Source of the DNA: Magallana gigas
Taxonomy: Eukaryota
Assembly (NCBI RefSeq): GCF_963853765.1
Contig: NC_088860.1
Location: forward strand, 34,348,001 to 34,412,000
Length of the DNA stretch: 64,000 bases
Direction: 5' to 3'
A model generated the notes under the pieces. That model ran no database searches and had not been told where the DNA came from. It saw only the letters and a list, made by a program, of their open reading frames with translations. The first letter of the stretch is position 1; each line of letters begins with the position of its first letter. Of this stretch, positions 35,650-47,581 are shown in pieces. The position numbers were made by a program, and so were the translations under genes.

Positions 35650-38600
35650 CTAAGCGCTGTAATCGACTTCATAGTCCTGCAGCCATTTAGGTAAGTTTTT
35701 AGTACGCCGCGGTCTACTATTTTCGCATGCGCCAATTTCTTCTTTTAATGCACAAGGTCCCTCAGCAACAAGAACATTGTCTTGAGATTGCTCTTCAACA
35801 AGCTGATCATCCTCTTTCTCAACCAGATCTTCCTCAGTTTCTCCCTGAAGGATCTGAGGTTGACATCTCATTCTATCACAATGTATTACTGTGTTCTTCC
35901 CGCGAGACCCGCATGCAACCGTGTAAAGAATATCAGACAGTTTATTCTGTACTTCGAAAGGCCCTCTCCAAAAAGATGTTAACTTTGGAGAGCATCCACT
36001 CTTCCTTACCGGAAAGTATACATAAACCATATCTCCTGTCTCGAATGAAGACCAAGACACCTTAGTATCATGATACTTTTTCTGTCGAAGCATCTCACCT
36101 GGCATATGTTCTCTCACAACTGCATGCGCGTTTTCTAAGCGCTCGCGCAAAACCCAGACCCATTGATGCGCTGGAATGTCTTTCATCTCTGTTGGCATTT
36201 CAAACATTAAATCTAGAGGTGTTGTTGCCTCTCTTCCAAGCATTAGCATATTTGGAGAAAAGTTGGTACTCTCATGTACTGTTGAGCGGTACGCCATAAG
36301 GATATAGGGAAGATGTAAGTCCCAATCCTTTTGATTTTTTTGAACATAAGTGCTCAACATTGATATCAGCGTTCGGTTGAAGCGCTCAACCATCCCATCC
36401 GATTTACGATGATATGGGGTAGTCCTGGTTTTTGTTATTCCCAACAACCGACACATCTCCATAAATAGCTTGCTTTCATACTGGCGCCCCTGATCTGAAT
36501 GGATAACAGAGGGTACGCCAAATCTTACTATCACTTGCTCCATGATTGTGCGGGCGATAGTTTCTGCCTCCATATTCGGTAGAGCAAACGCATCCGTCCA
36601 TTTCGTGAAATAATCTGCGACGACGAGAATATGACGATTCCCCCTGTCTGTTTCGGGTAATTCGCACAAAATATCAGAGGCCAATCTTTCCATTGGCACA
36701 CCAGATGCTAGAATCTGCATTGGTGCCCGACGCTTAGGGATTGGATTCTTTCGTCTACTACAAGCATCACAGCCTGCTATGTACTGATGGACGTCCTGTT
36801 GTAATCCCGGCCAATAATACCTCTGTCTAATTCTGGCCAATGTTTTCGTAACACCAAGATGACCTGATGTTTTATTATCATGGCACATCTTTAGTACATT
36901 CCTCCTCTCTGAGTCAGGTATTATGACTTGAAATGTCTCTCGGTTTGAAGGAAGCAAAATCCATCGCCGTACTAAGAATCCATTTTGAATGCTCAGTCTC
37001 TCAAATTGGTTCCATAGTGACTTCACTACATAACCATATTGTGTCACATCAGAAAATGCTGGTCGTCTGCCATTTTCGACCCACTGGCGCACTAGCTGAA
37101 TATCTTTCTTACCTCCTTGCGCTTCCAGTAGATTTCCATTTTCTGCTTCAGAGTACTCTTTATCGAGTTTTGGAAACGCTTGCAAAGTTTTCACTGATGG
37201 AAGAGGCGAATCTTCCAAAGTAGGGACATATCCACATTGATTGCAGGGTATCCTACTAAGCGCGTCCGAATTTCCATGTTTCTTACCTGGGCGGTGCTCA
37301 ATCGTCATGTCATACGTGCTAATGACCTCGAGCCATCTTGCCAACTGGCCCTCTGGGTTCTTGAATTTAAGCAACCACCTAAGCGATCCATGGTCTCTTC
37401 TTAGTAGGAACCGTCTGCCGTACAGATAATGGCGGTAGTGTTTAATAAAGTGCACTACAGCCAATAACTCTTTTCGAGTTACACAATATCGTGTTTCGGC
37501 TTTTGTCAGTGTGCGACTCGCATAAGCTATCACGCGCTCCTTTCCATCTATTTCTTGAGAAAACACTGCGCCTATAGACCAATTGCTTGCGTCTGTGTCA
37601 AGTATAAATGGTTTAGATATGTCTGGCAGTGATAATATTGGTGCAGAAATCAGCCTGTTTCGAAGTGTTTCAAAAGCATCATGTGTCTCCTTTGTCCATT
37701 GAAACCTGCGCCCTTTCTCTGTCAAGCGGTGCAACGGTTTTGCTTCTGAAGCAAGGTCCCTGATCAATCGCCTATAGTAGCTGCACAATCCTAGAAAGGA
37801 GCGGACCTCAGACACAGAAGACGGAACTGGCCATTCCGCAACTGATTTGATTTTTTCCGGGTCTGTTGCAATGCCGTCTTGTGAAATGATATGCCCTAGA
37901 TACGAGACTTTAGTGGCAAGCAGATTGCACTTTCCTGCTTTTAATTTAAGCCCCGCTCTCAGCAGTCTATCAAATACCCTTTCAAGGTTGCAAAGCATAT
38001 CGTCGAATGACTTACCAATAACTATAATATCATCGAGATATACAAGACATTTGTCCCATTGTAGACCTGCAAGGACCGTCTCCATTAAGCGTTCAAATGT
38101 CGCAGGCGCACAGGTAAGACCAAAAGGCATTACCTTGAACTGGAATAAACCTTTGCGCGTTACAAAGGCTGTTTTACTCTTGTCATCCTCTTCCATTGCA
38201 ACCTGCCAGTAGCCGCTGTTGAGGTCAAGCGTAGAGAATAAAGCATGTCCTGACAGATGATCAAATGCTTCTTCTATGTTTGGAAGGGGATACGCGTCCT
38301 TAACTGTGACTTCATTGAGTCGTCTATAATCTATGCAGAAGCGCATCGACCCATCTTTCTTGCGCACAAGAACCACAGGTGAAGCCCAGGGGCTATTAGA
38401 GGGTTCAATTACCCCTTTCTCCAACATTTCGTTCACCTGTTTATCAACTTCTTGCATTAGATGCAAAGGAATTCTTCGTGCCCCTTGTTTAATTGGTTTC
38501 TCTATAGGCCCAGTGTTGATTTTGTGTTTAACTACTGAGGTTCGACCTAAATCAAAGTTCGAAGAAGCAAACAAGTGCTGATAACTTTGAAGGAATTTAT

Positions 38601-40770
38601 CGGCTTGCATAGCTTGTGCATTAGATAGATTTTCCTTACATCGATCAAGCAATTCTCGCAAATCAGGTCGTAGTTTTGAACTATTTACTACCGCTGTTTC
38701 TTGCGGATTCTCTTCATCAGCACCCGTCATCTTTGCCAGCAAAGTCCCCTTGTATATTTGCTGAGCAACGTCTGTAACATTCATCAGACATACAGGCACC
38801 GTTTCACTGCCCTTAACCAATGTCCTACCTACGAAAGCACGCCCCTTCTCAAGAAATCTCTCTTCTGGCTCGACAATATAGTCTGAGGCTCCAAATGTAT
38901 TCTGTCCTGGAACTTTAGCCTCTACAATCATTTCACTCCTAGGAGGGATACAAATATCGTCGGCTGCAACAACACGAAAACAACCCAGGGTCCCCTCACA
39001 AGAAATGCGATATTCCTCATTGTTAAGTCGTATTGTATTCGAGTTGAGATCTATAATACCCTTGCCTTTCTTCAGAAAATCTAGACCAAGGATTCCATCG
39101 ACCGTAACATCTGTAACCATTGCTGGGATAAATGCTTCAGTCTTCCCAATTTTGATAAGATATTCTGCTTTTCCATATAGAGAAAGTGGGTTTCCACTTG
39201 CGTTCAAAACTTTCTGTCCATTCTCCTCTACTGCTGGGCGTTTTTCTGCTGAAATGATATCATGCACCCTTTTTGAGATCAACGTCAATGATGCACCTGT
39301 ATCAATCAACATTTTTGACCGTACTCCACGTATATCAGCTTCAACAAAAATACCAGATTCGTTAATCATGGTGTTTCCACCAACATGTCCTTGTGCTTTG
39401 CGCTGCTTCCTCCTGCGCTCACTACGAATCCGCCGCGCATTGCCACCTTTCTTCGCTGATGCATTACTGTTTCTGTTTGTTTCTTTATCTTTAAGTTTCG
39501 GACAATTTCTACGAATGTGTCCCTTTTCCTTGCAATAATAGCAAGTCACCCCATCATTTGTGTTTCTGACTGGCAACTGTAATGTTCGTCTCCTCCGAAA
39601 ATTCTGATCTTGGACCTGTTTTTCCAAGTTATCTAACTGGGTTTGCATCCTCGCCATAAATTGATTAAGCTCTGTTGATTGTGCGGGTTGATCGCACTCG
39701 CGTTCCTTACCCTCAACCATCCGCAAATCACCTCGCCTTTCTGTTCTATAGTATGCATCTAGTTCTACAGCAAGTCGGATTGCATCATTTAAGTTTTCAG
39801 GCCTATTCTGTTTAATGCGCAAGCGCATATCCGAATTTACTAGTGCATCAATAAATGCGTCCTTACCAAGCGTCTCCCTTAATTCCGCTGTCGCCGTAGG
39901 ATAAGCAAGGCACGTCAATCTACGGATGGCCTGTCCTAGCTCGGACAGGGTCTCAGACGCTCTTTGTTTTCTCTCCTTTAACTGCGCCCGGTAAAGTTCG
40001 GTCTGATTGGGTGGAGCAAATCGTTCTTCAAGAGCTTTTACCAACAAGTCATAATGCTGCCCTGTTTCTTTCGAAACATTTCCCAGTACGCCCTGAGCTG
40101 TCCCTCTTAGTGATACAGCTAAATACAGGCCTTTCTCTTTTTCCGACCAATTGTTTATAGTAGCGCATGCATCAAAATGGGACTTATAGTCAAGCCAAGA
40201 ATTACTTCCATCAAATGTCGCTGGTTTGATGTTACACCTTGAACCTTTATTACCGTGGTCAAATTCCTCCCGTAGTCGATTTTCATTTATCAAATGTCTG
40301 GTTCCAGCTCCCAGGCTATGCGTCTGTGCGCTGTTATGAAAATTTCTTTGTCGATCATTTGGCGCATTCGCTAATAAAGCAGAAGCATTCACAATCGACG
40401 GTGCTCGCGCTCTCCGCTGTGCGCTCACCATAACTGGATGTTCATCATTCCTTAAGCTGTAATTATACAGCGCATCCGCAAGTTCCGTTTCACTTCTGCC
40501 ATTTCTGTTTTGCGCTCTCGCTGGTCGCACTGTAACATGTTCATTGGATGCTCCTTCAACAAGGTTTCCACTTTGCTCATTTCCCTGCAGTACCACTGTA
40601 TCATCAGTTGCATGACTCTGGTCCCCGATCGCACCAACCAAAGTCGCTATGCCTGAATCGCGCGCTTGCGCTCGTCTATCTAACGGTGTTGAGTATCTCT
40701 CTATCTCCTTGCGCAACCGCTCGCAACTGCTCTCCAAAAATGAAATTTCTTCATCTACTATTTCCTCCAT
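35650..40770 (-). CDS. gag-pol: Gypsy Gag-Pol polyprotein (1706 aa, uninterrupted)
   Basis: CCHC knuckle CYYCKEKGHIRRNC, protease LIDTGAS, RT YLDD, RNase H TDAS, integrase HHCC, DDE core and GPF motif. Confidence 0.97.
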   Translation of the reverse strand: MEEIVDEEISFLESSCERLRKEIERYSTPLDRRAQARDSGIATLVGAIGDQSHATDDTVVLQGNEQSGNLVEGASNEHVTVRPARAQNRNGRSETELADALYNYSLRNDEHPVMVSAQRRARAPSIVNASALLANAPNDRQRNFHNSAQTHSLGAGTRHLINENRLREEFDHGNKGSRCNIKPATFDGSNSWLDYKSHFDACATINNWSEKEKGLYLAVSLRGTAQGVLGNVSKETGQHYDLLVKALEERFAPPNQTELYRAQLKERKQRASETLSELGQAIRRLTCLAYPTATAELRETLGKDAFIDALVNSDMRLRIKQNRPENLNDAIRLAVELDAYYRTERRGDLRMVEGKERECDQPAQSTELNQFMARMQTQLDNLEKQVQDQNFRRRRTLQLPVRNTNDGVTCYYCKEKGHIRRNCPKLKDKETNRNSNASAKKGGNARRIRSERRRKQRKAQGHVGGNTMINESGIFVEADIRGVRSKMLIDTGASLTLISKRVHDIISAEKRPAVEENGQKVLNASGNPLSLYGKAEYLIKIGKTEAFIPAMVTDVTVDGILGLDFLKKGKGIIDLNSNTIRLNNEEYRISCEGTLGCFRVVAADDICIPPRSEMIVEAKVPGQNTFGASDYIVEPEERFLEKGRAFVGRTLVKGSETVPVCLMNVTDVAQQIYKGTLLAKMTGADEENPQETAVVNSSKLRPDLRELLDRCKENLSNAQAMQADKFLQSYQHLFASSNFDLGRTSVVKHKINTGPIEKPIKQGARRIPLHLMQEVDKQVNEMLEKGVIEPSNSPWASPVVLVRKKDGSMRFCIDYRRLNEVTVKDAYPLPNIEEAFDHLSGHALFSTLDLNSGYWQVAMEEDDKSKTAFVTRKGLFQFKVMPFGLTCAPATFERLMETVLAGLQWDKCLVYLDDIIVIGKSFDDMLCNLERVFDRLLRAGLKLKAGKCNLLATKVSYLGHIISQDGIATDPEKIKSVAEWPVPSSVSEVRSFLGLCSYYRRLIRDLASEAKPLHRLTEKGRRFQWTKETHDAFETLRNRLISAPILSLPDISKPFILDTDASNWSIGAVFSQEIDGKERVIAYASRTLTKAETRYCVTRKELLAVVHFIKHYRHYLYGRRFLLRRDHGSLRWLLKFKNPEGQLARWLEVISTYDMTIEHRPGKKHGNSDALSRIPCNQCGYVPTLEDSPLPSVKTLQAFPKLDKEYSEAENGNLLEAQGGKKDIQLVRQWVENGRRPAFSDVTQYGYVVKSLWNQFERLSIQNGFLVRRWILLPSNRETFQVIIPDSERRNVLKMCHDNKTSGHLGVTKTLARIRQRYYWPGLQQDVHQYIAGCDACSRRKNPIPKRRAPMQILASGVPMERLASDILCELPETDRGNRHILVVADYFTKWTDAFALPNMEAETIARTIMEQVIVRFGVPSVIHSDQGRQYESKLFMEMCRLLGITKTRTTPYHRKSDGMVERFNRTLISMLSTYVQKNQKDWDLHLPYILMAYRSTVHESTNFSPNMLMLGREATTPLDLMFEMPTEMKDIPAHQWVWVLRERLENAHAVVREHMPGEMLRQKKYHDTKVSWSSFETGDMVYVYFPVRKSGCSPKLTSFWRGPFEVQNKLSDILYTVACGSRGKNTVIHCDRMRCQPQILQGETEEDLVEKEDDQLVEEQSQDNVLVAEGPCALKEEIGACENSRPRRTKNLPKWLQDYEVDYSA

Positions 40771-40816
40771 TGTAAATACTGATTTAAAATTATTAGTATA
40801 GATTATTTCTTTTGCC

Positions 40817-40836
40817 GAATCCCGACGCTGCCACCA
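40817..40836 (-). other. Primer binding site, likely tRNA-Leu
   Basis: Minus strand TGGTGGCAGCGTCGGGATTC just inside the 5' LTR is complementary to a tRNA 3' end ...CGCUGCCACCA, typical of eukaryotic tRNA-Leu. Confidence 0.7.
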
Positions 40837-40842
40837 AATTTA

Positions 40843-41278
40843 TTTAACGTTTCTGGATTCAGGTATTCGGCTGCTCTACCTGAGCAATTTAAGAAATATG
40901 TAATTAAACTATAAATTTCTCAATCAAATATTTTAATCAATAATATTTACAATATCCCACTCTATCATGGAGCGCGCGCGCTTTCTATTAACCCTAACAG
41001 CTATCACAAGCTAATATAATAACAACTCAAGTCTCGAAAGCTTTATTCAGGTACATAAGACTTATCCTAATATCAAGGGTTTGTTCTCACCTATTACGAA
41101 GTGAACACTTTCAGCTTCAGACTGCAACTGCCTTACAACCTCCGTTGTAGCCGCTTATATACTATCACAACCCACGTGATCAACGAGGATCGAAAGGGAG
41201 TGATAAACCGGAAGCGCTTATTACTCAGCTCCAGTAAACAGAATGGGATAAATGATCTCGATTTCGACATTTGTTTCA
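40843..41278 (-). repeat. 5' LTR
   Basis: Copy of 34105-34540. The terminal CA on the minus strand is mutated to AA. Confidence 0.95.
41154..41161 (-). promoter_or_regulatory. Candidate TATA box in the 5' LTR (TATATAAG)
   Basis: Position in the U3-side half of the LTR. Motif only. Confidence 0.5.
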
Positions 41279-41343
41279 ATATGAATAAAAAGAAGGGAAG
41301 TTTTTATAAGATAAATCGAGAATTTAAACATATCTAGTGAGAT

Positions 41344-41379
<36 letters not shown>
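41344..41379. repeat. (ATG)n microsatellite
   Basis: Direct reading. Confidence 0.95.
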
Positions 41380-42458
41380 CATTTTGTATTATCATGAATC
41401 ACCAGCAGTTCTATGGTAAAAGTGGTAAAGCAACTTATGCATTCTCCCATTTTTGTTGAGACCTCCCCATTTGTCTTCGTTTTTTCTTGCTAAAGTTTTC
41501 TCATTTAAGTTAATCCCAACCTCTTTTTTAAAAATATTTTCTTTCAATACCATATACCCCAGCATCACATATAAAAGAGAAACTATGAGATACAGCAAAC
41601 ACTGAAATTAAAAAAATAAATAAATAAAAACTGAATTTAGATGTAAATACCGGTATTATATTTAGCAAATAAAGCAACAAGTTTTCACCATGAAAAACAT
41701 TACCTCAAAGAAAAACTTTGAATGTGATTTTTTTTGGGTAAAAATAGATCAGGCAAAATATGTATTCAGGTCACTCAGTACAATCACAATTACAACTTAT
41801 TTGATTTTTTTTTCATAAGAACAAAAGCTAACATAAGAATTAAACATCATTCACAATGCTTTGTATTGTGACACCATATTCCTAAAGAGATATTAAGATA
41901 TAAATGATTCGTCCAATAAAATGATGATTGTACAGCCAACTTAACATCACTTTCTTACAAAGTCAATACTCAAAGACTGAATTATGTAATACTGCCTTTG
42001 CACCCGTTTAGACACTATTGACATTTTCTTTAAATAAGTAAAGACTTTGTGTTGTTATGAGAAAAAGCACATTCATCAATAATCAAGATATATCAAAAAT
42101 AATGTTTAACTTTAATTCCCAAACTGACTGGGAAAGAGCACCTGGTATAAAAGGTCATCGGACCATCCTAGAATTCATTTGATCCAAATGCAGGTGAATG
42201 TACAATAGCAACTAATGAATAAGTGAAAACAAAAAAACTATGAACTCATTTGACTCGTATGTATCGGGCAATAAGAATGTGTTGTGTTGGTATTTAGCTG
42301 GTGTTCATCTAGCAAATCCACATTGTTTTCAAACATTATACATATTAATCTAAACATATTTGTCTTTTCTACAAAAGTTAAATAATACAGATAAGTCTGC
42401 TTTAAATCTATACCTAAAACTTCAGATATAGATTAATCCTCATCAAGTTTCAAGTTAA

Positions 42459-42610
42459 CGGTAAACCATCTTTTATTTGCATGCGAGAAAATTTCGCGTG
42501 ATTTTGCTATAAACTGTCTAGATAATTTCGTTTTGTTCGCTAAAATTAGTCGCCGCGAATTTGTTAACCTCAAGGAAATCGGGAAATAGCCAATTAAAGT
42601 TGGCTTACAG
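42459..42610. mobile_element. Short mariner-like MITE
   Basis: CGGTAAACCATCTTTTA ... TAAAGTTGGCTTACAG|TA, an imperfect TIR. Confidence 0.45.
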
Positions 42611-43216
42611 TAGTTTAATGCTTAGATTTCAAACTATAAAATTTGATTAGGTCAATGAAATCTACTTTTGAATCATATGACACAACTTCCACCAAGATTC
42701 ATTAGCAAGTTACATAGAATATATGGTACAGTCTAACAGTATGCAAAACATTTATTGGATATGTTATACAATTGTATTTACATTATACAGTGTCTTTGTC
42801 TATGATAACACTACTCGATTTTGTATTCACAATCCATTAAATTCAAATGACGTAAAGTTGGGTGACGCAAGCAGGTTTGCATAATGACATGGAAATCACA
42901 TGAAAAAGTCAACATTCAAATACTAAATCCAGACCTACTACTGCTAAAATTTATATAAATATTAGTAATAAGGATGATTCATTCTTTGAATATTATGAGG
43001 TAATAATCTCAGTCGAAGCGTGGTCAAATCTCTCGTGAGGCCCTTCAGTTTCAACATGAGGCCAATGACTTAGATTTACTTTGGGGTAATTGTGACACAC
43101 CTGTTATACAATTTGATATATAATTTATAGGTTAAATATAGCTACTTGCACAAAGTTAAAGTAAAGTACAAGTATGTACTACAACAGTTCTGACTTATTG
43201 AATCTGGTGAACCTAC

Positions 43217-43344
43217 TTGTTTACAAAATCCATTGTAGCATGGTCTCCCATCTTCCAGAATTTTCTCTGATAAAGATTCACAAAGCTGTGTATTGGGTTT
43301 GTAGCAGCATGTTTAACATGCATACAATGCAAGTGTTTCCTCTC
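43217..43344 (-). pseudogene. ADAM17-like exon (membrane-proximal domain) with in-frame TAA
   Basis: Pyrimidine-rich acceptor ...TTCCGTAACAG|GA GAG GAA; donor CAA|GTAGG. Translation GEETLALYAC*TCCYKPNTQLCESLSEKILEDGRPCYNGFCKQ. Confidence 0.75.
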
Positions 43345-43399
43345 CTGTTACGGAAGTAGAGAAGATTTTCTATTAAATACATTTTCACTTCATAATCAT

Positions 43400-43955
43400 A
43401 ATGTCCCCGCCCAAGTGCCTGAACCAAATATCCAGAGACCGTGAATTTTACCATTGAAGTAGAGGGTTTTACGAGCATCATAACCATATGCATACATTTA
43501 GTTCTTTACAAATTATTATGGGAGAAGAGAACTAGATTTTCAAAGATTAAAATACCTGTTCATTCTATGGATATTATTTTCCCAGCCATGGGGTCTCAAT
43601 CCCTGACCGAAGGGCTATCAAATTAACAACTTTGGCAGAAGGTTTCATGAATCTCATAACCACGAATTTAGTTAGTCCCACAATTTAGGGAGTAGAGAAG
43701 AAGATCTGGCCTTTTGCTTGCATCTTTGGCTCCTCTCATGTGACCCCGGTGTAGGTAAGGTCATAAAATTTATATTTAAAGTCCTCTTATCTTAGAAAGG
43801 CTTTAAATAAAAAATGGTAACGATTTTCAAGAAGTTAGAAATATATCATTATTGTTATAGGTGACGCGCAATGGACAATGTAGGATGATGATGGACGACA
43901 ACGGGCAAATACCAATAGCAATAGATCACCTGAGTCACTCATTTGACCTTATAGT
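43400..43955 (+). mobile_element. Degenerate Helentron-type (HINE) element
   Basis: 3' end GACGACAACGGGC...GCAATAGATCACCTGAGTCACTCATTTGACC resembles the terminal motif seen at 10925 and 32052. Start approximate. Confidence 0.45.
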
Positions 43956-44435
43956 ATGTTAAATTTCAATTTTACTTTATTATGAACTGGTAAATATTTT
44001 ATAATTATTAATTGGGTATAACTAAGCATTGACGATCAGTCAGGTCAACATGTGATATAGCATTCATTTGATTTTTTTATTACATTTGTTGGTAAGAACT
44101 AAAAAGAAAAAAATATTATAAAGGGTAAAACAGTGACACATATTGACAAGACAATGTTTTTGGGTAGGATTATAATTCAATTGTTGATAATTCGTCAGCT
44201 TAATCACTAAACTAGACATTAGTGAAATGGTCAAAGGGTCCCGCTTAAATTTAATAGTGGACAATAGGATGAAAAGTATTTCAGAGAACTTTGCTCCTTG
44301 ACCTTAACCTTTAATTTTGAAATTTTCCAGCTGGCATAGTATTCAAAATTCAATCTCACTACCTCTAATATACAGGCATTTTTGTTCAATCTGAACAGAT
44401 TATCCAAATGAGAAATAATTTATGGTCTCAAACTG

Positions 44436-44437
<2 letters not shown>

Positions 44438-44515
<78 letters not shown>
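44438..44515. repeat. (TA)n microsatellite
   Basis: Direct reading. Confidence 0.95.
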
Positions 44516-44518
<3 letters not shown>

Positions 44519-44599
44519 AGGATGACCTTCGTTAATGATGCACGTCATTAACCAAAAGGCTCTGTTTTAGTAAAGTATTAGTCAAAAGGGTCGAATAGA

Positions 44600-45243
44600 G
44601 AGTAAATATATGCTCTTAAAAATCAGTAAACATCATTCAAGGTCACTGCATACCCGTTGAACAAAGGCACCATATGGGTGAAGTATGAGCCAGATTAGAG
44701 CAAAGGAAAGAAGATTATCCGGCCAAGGATTTTTCGTATAATTCTGCTATGACTATCACATTTGACCTTGAAAATTGGTTCTAGGTTACTACACACCTGT
44801 TATTCATAAACTCTAAGTGGAAAGTATATATGCTCTGAAAATAGGATTTTTGCATGGTCCGGTATGACCTTGACCTACACAACTATTCAAGGTCACTGTA
44901 GACCTTTGACCATAAATACTCTGCGAGTGAAGTATGAACTAGATTTGATCAAGGGGAGAGAAGATATGCTAAATAAGACAAGGATTTTATTTATTATTCT
45001 GCTATGACCTAAACCTTAGACCTATAAACATGGTTCATGGTCGCTGTACACCCTTCAACCAAAGGCACTTTGTGGGTGAAGTATATGAGCCAGATTGGGT
45101 CAAGGGGAGAGAAAATATGCTCCAGACAAGCACTCTTGCATGGACAGATGGAGGCCAGGGTATTGGACGGAAGGACGGACGGATGGATGGACAGATGGAC
45201 AGACTGATCACTATAGGGCTCACGCAGAGCAGGACCCTTATAA
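44600..45243 (+). mobile_element. Helentron-type (HINE) element with internal degenerate tandem repeats
   Basis: Repeated CAAGGTCACTG...GTGAAGTATGAGCCAGATT units, (GGAC/GGAT)n tract, terminal ATAGGGC...GACCCTTAT hairpin. Confidence 0.65.
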
Positions 45244-47581
45244 AACAAATAGTGTATAATCACCTGAACAGAGACATGGATCTCTGCCCACCTGTCTTAA
45301 TGGTTCCAAACATTGTCCATTTTTACATTTCCCATATCTACAATGGGAACCACTTCAATCAACACTGCTAACGGCTTTTGATGCGTTTTCCTTTTTTAAA
45401 TACAAATGTACTAATACTTGATAGAAATTGATTGAAACATTTAAAAAGGAGCGATTTATCAATATTTTATTGTGTTTTCTAAAATAACAATAACAAGAGA
45501 CAGAGGTAGATATCAATAATGTGTAAACTACAAGTAGCAATCAATGACATGCAAATTGATGGTAGCAATCACTGACATGTACAACAACGTTAGCAATCAA
45601 TAGCAATGGCATGTTATTGCAAACCCCACTTGATACTATATGCTTCAGTTGATATAGAGATGCGTTGAATCATGACAGTCTATTTGAAGTTACATTTAAA
45701 CGAGTCGGATTACAGGTTGCAGTTTAAATATAGAAACGTTTTAATATGCCGATTTGGTACCCGACCATTCTTACGCAGTAGTGATATTTTATTTCCTAAC
45801 TGCCAGCTCCCACTTATGACGTTAAAATTAAAAAGCTTCTATCAGGACTGCAAAATCTTAATAAATTACCGCAATAGTTGACCCCGATCGAGTTCTCACA
45901 ATAATCAATTCTTGTTTGTTATGGTGTAAACAAAAACACACCGCTGTCCTTAGATATATTAAACATGCTCCTAATTTCATTTTTAGCATTGTGTTTCCTT
46001 GATAAATTCAACCATTTTTACCATATCAATTGAATTTGAGGCAGTAGTTATTCTGCTTATCTTATTCCATGAAATTTACAACAGACTGTATATAAATATT
46101 ACAGAAATTGCGTTTCATTAAACACCAATCAATCAATGGCACACTCACTTTTACAAGTGTGTGTGTGCCTTAAATATTGCAAAATTTGCAATATACGGCG
46201 CAATTTTAGTCTGATCTGTGATTAACCGTATTTTGTTACTCACTCAGTCTGTAGGAACATTAATTTACCTCAAAATTCATCAGAAAAAAATATATAATAT
46301 TAATGTTGACGGCTTGTCGCTTTAATTACTTGCCGCAGCTTTTCTCTAAACCACGCTACCCGACCTCAGATTGCTAAATGCACGTGCAGATTGGGTCGCC
46401 ATTTGACACAGGTTTACATGCATACAAACCACACTTCTTTATTTTATGGAGTTAATGACGATGTTTCAAAGATTTTCAGTACAGATTTCTTGGAAGTAAA
46501 TAGGTGAAGACATATAGTGATAGTGTAACGCGTCTAATGGATTTCACGGCATGTCAACCCGAATGTTCCCGTGGATCTACATTTTGAAGAAAGCCTTTTT
46601 GTTAGGCAAACACTAGTTCTATTACAGTTTGTTCAATTCATACGACATTCCACATATGGTACTTTTGAATGGTTACGTAAAATATATTTGTTCACCTAAC
46701 AGTTTCTGGCGAATTTCTACACAAAAACTGATAACGTTATTCGATGTGCGAAGAGCAATCTGTGCAACTTTAAATTAAATGCACCCTTCTCTGCTTTTAA
46801 AAAAGGTTTCTTTGGGTTGTTTTTTTTTACCAGTAACATCGTTTATACATGTACAATAACATCGACCCGTTTGTTTTCAAATAACTCTGTAATTTTAACT
46901 TGCAAGCACAACTTTATTATTAGTTTTCTTTCTCCTACTTTTTTTCCACGAGTTAGTCTTTATTATTTCGATAATGAGCGAGTCTATAAAAATGCGCCAA
47001 TCAGAACCTTTGTTGCAAATCACAATTGCACAATTGCAATATACACCGATTAGAAATTGTCGTTATATTCTCCCTCACTGCGGTTGTCCGAATATAAAAC
47101 AATAAAGTTCTAAATGAATAAAACCAACAAGTACTACATAGGTACGCTGCTCGCTAGCGTTATTTTATTTATACACAAAAACACATATTAAACAACCATC
47201 TGTCAGCCAAAAATCAACACTTTCCATATCATCTGCAGCCATTTTAACTTAAATCGCTACTAGCGAGCGTGCTTAGAGTGCCACGCCACCGCATGGTCCT
47301 ACTATTTATATTACCTGACCACGTGACCCGAAACCCATTCTTGTACGTATGAAAACCAATCACGCACATAATTTTAATTATATTCTCCCTCACTATGTTT
47401 GTCCGAATATTAAACAATAACGTGCTAAATGAATAAAAGCAACAAATACTACATAGATACGCTGCTCGCTAGCATTTAGAGATACAAAGAGATATTCTAA
47501 TATGTCGTTTGGCTGACAAGTACACAAGCAATACAATTTATAACACAATAAACGACAACATACATGTATAAACATTTAATT

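Larger units (their letters stand above)
34105..41278 (-). mobile_element. Full-length Ty3/Gypsy LTR retrotransposon (7174 bp)
   Basis: Two 436-bp LTRs (34105-34540 and 40843-41278). 4-bp TSD ATAT (34101-34104 and 41279-41282). PBS, PPT and intact gag-pol present. Confidence 0.97.

Noticed and set aside
34783-40775. Plus-strand ORFs over the Gypsy element (for example 39005-39538, 34783-35283)
   Set aside because: Antisense shadows of gag-pol and the zinc-finger ORF.
42100-42320. Possible transmembrane exon of the ADAM17-like gene
   Set aside because: Hydrophobic fragments are present, but there is no consistent frame or splice sites.
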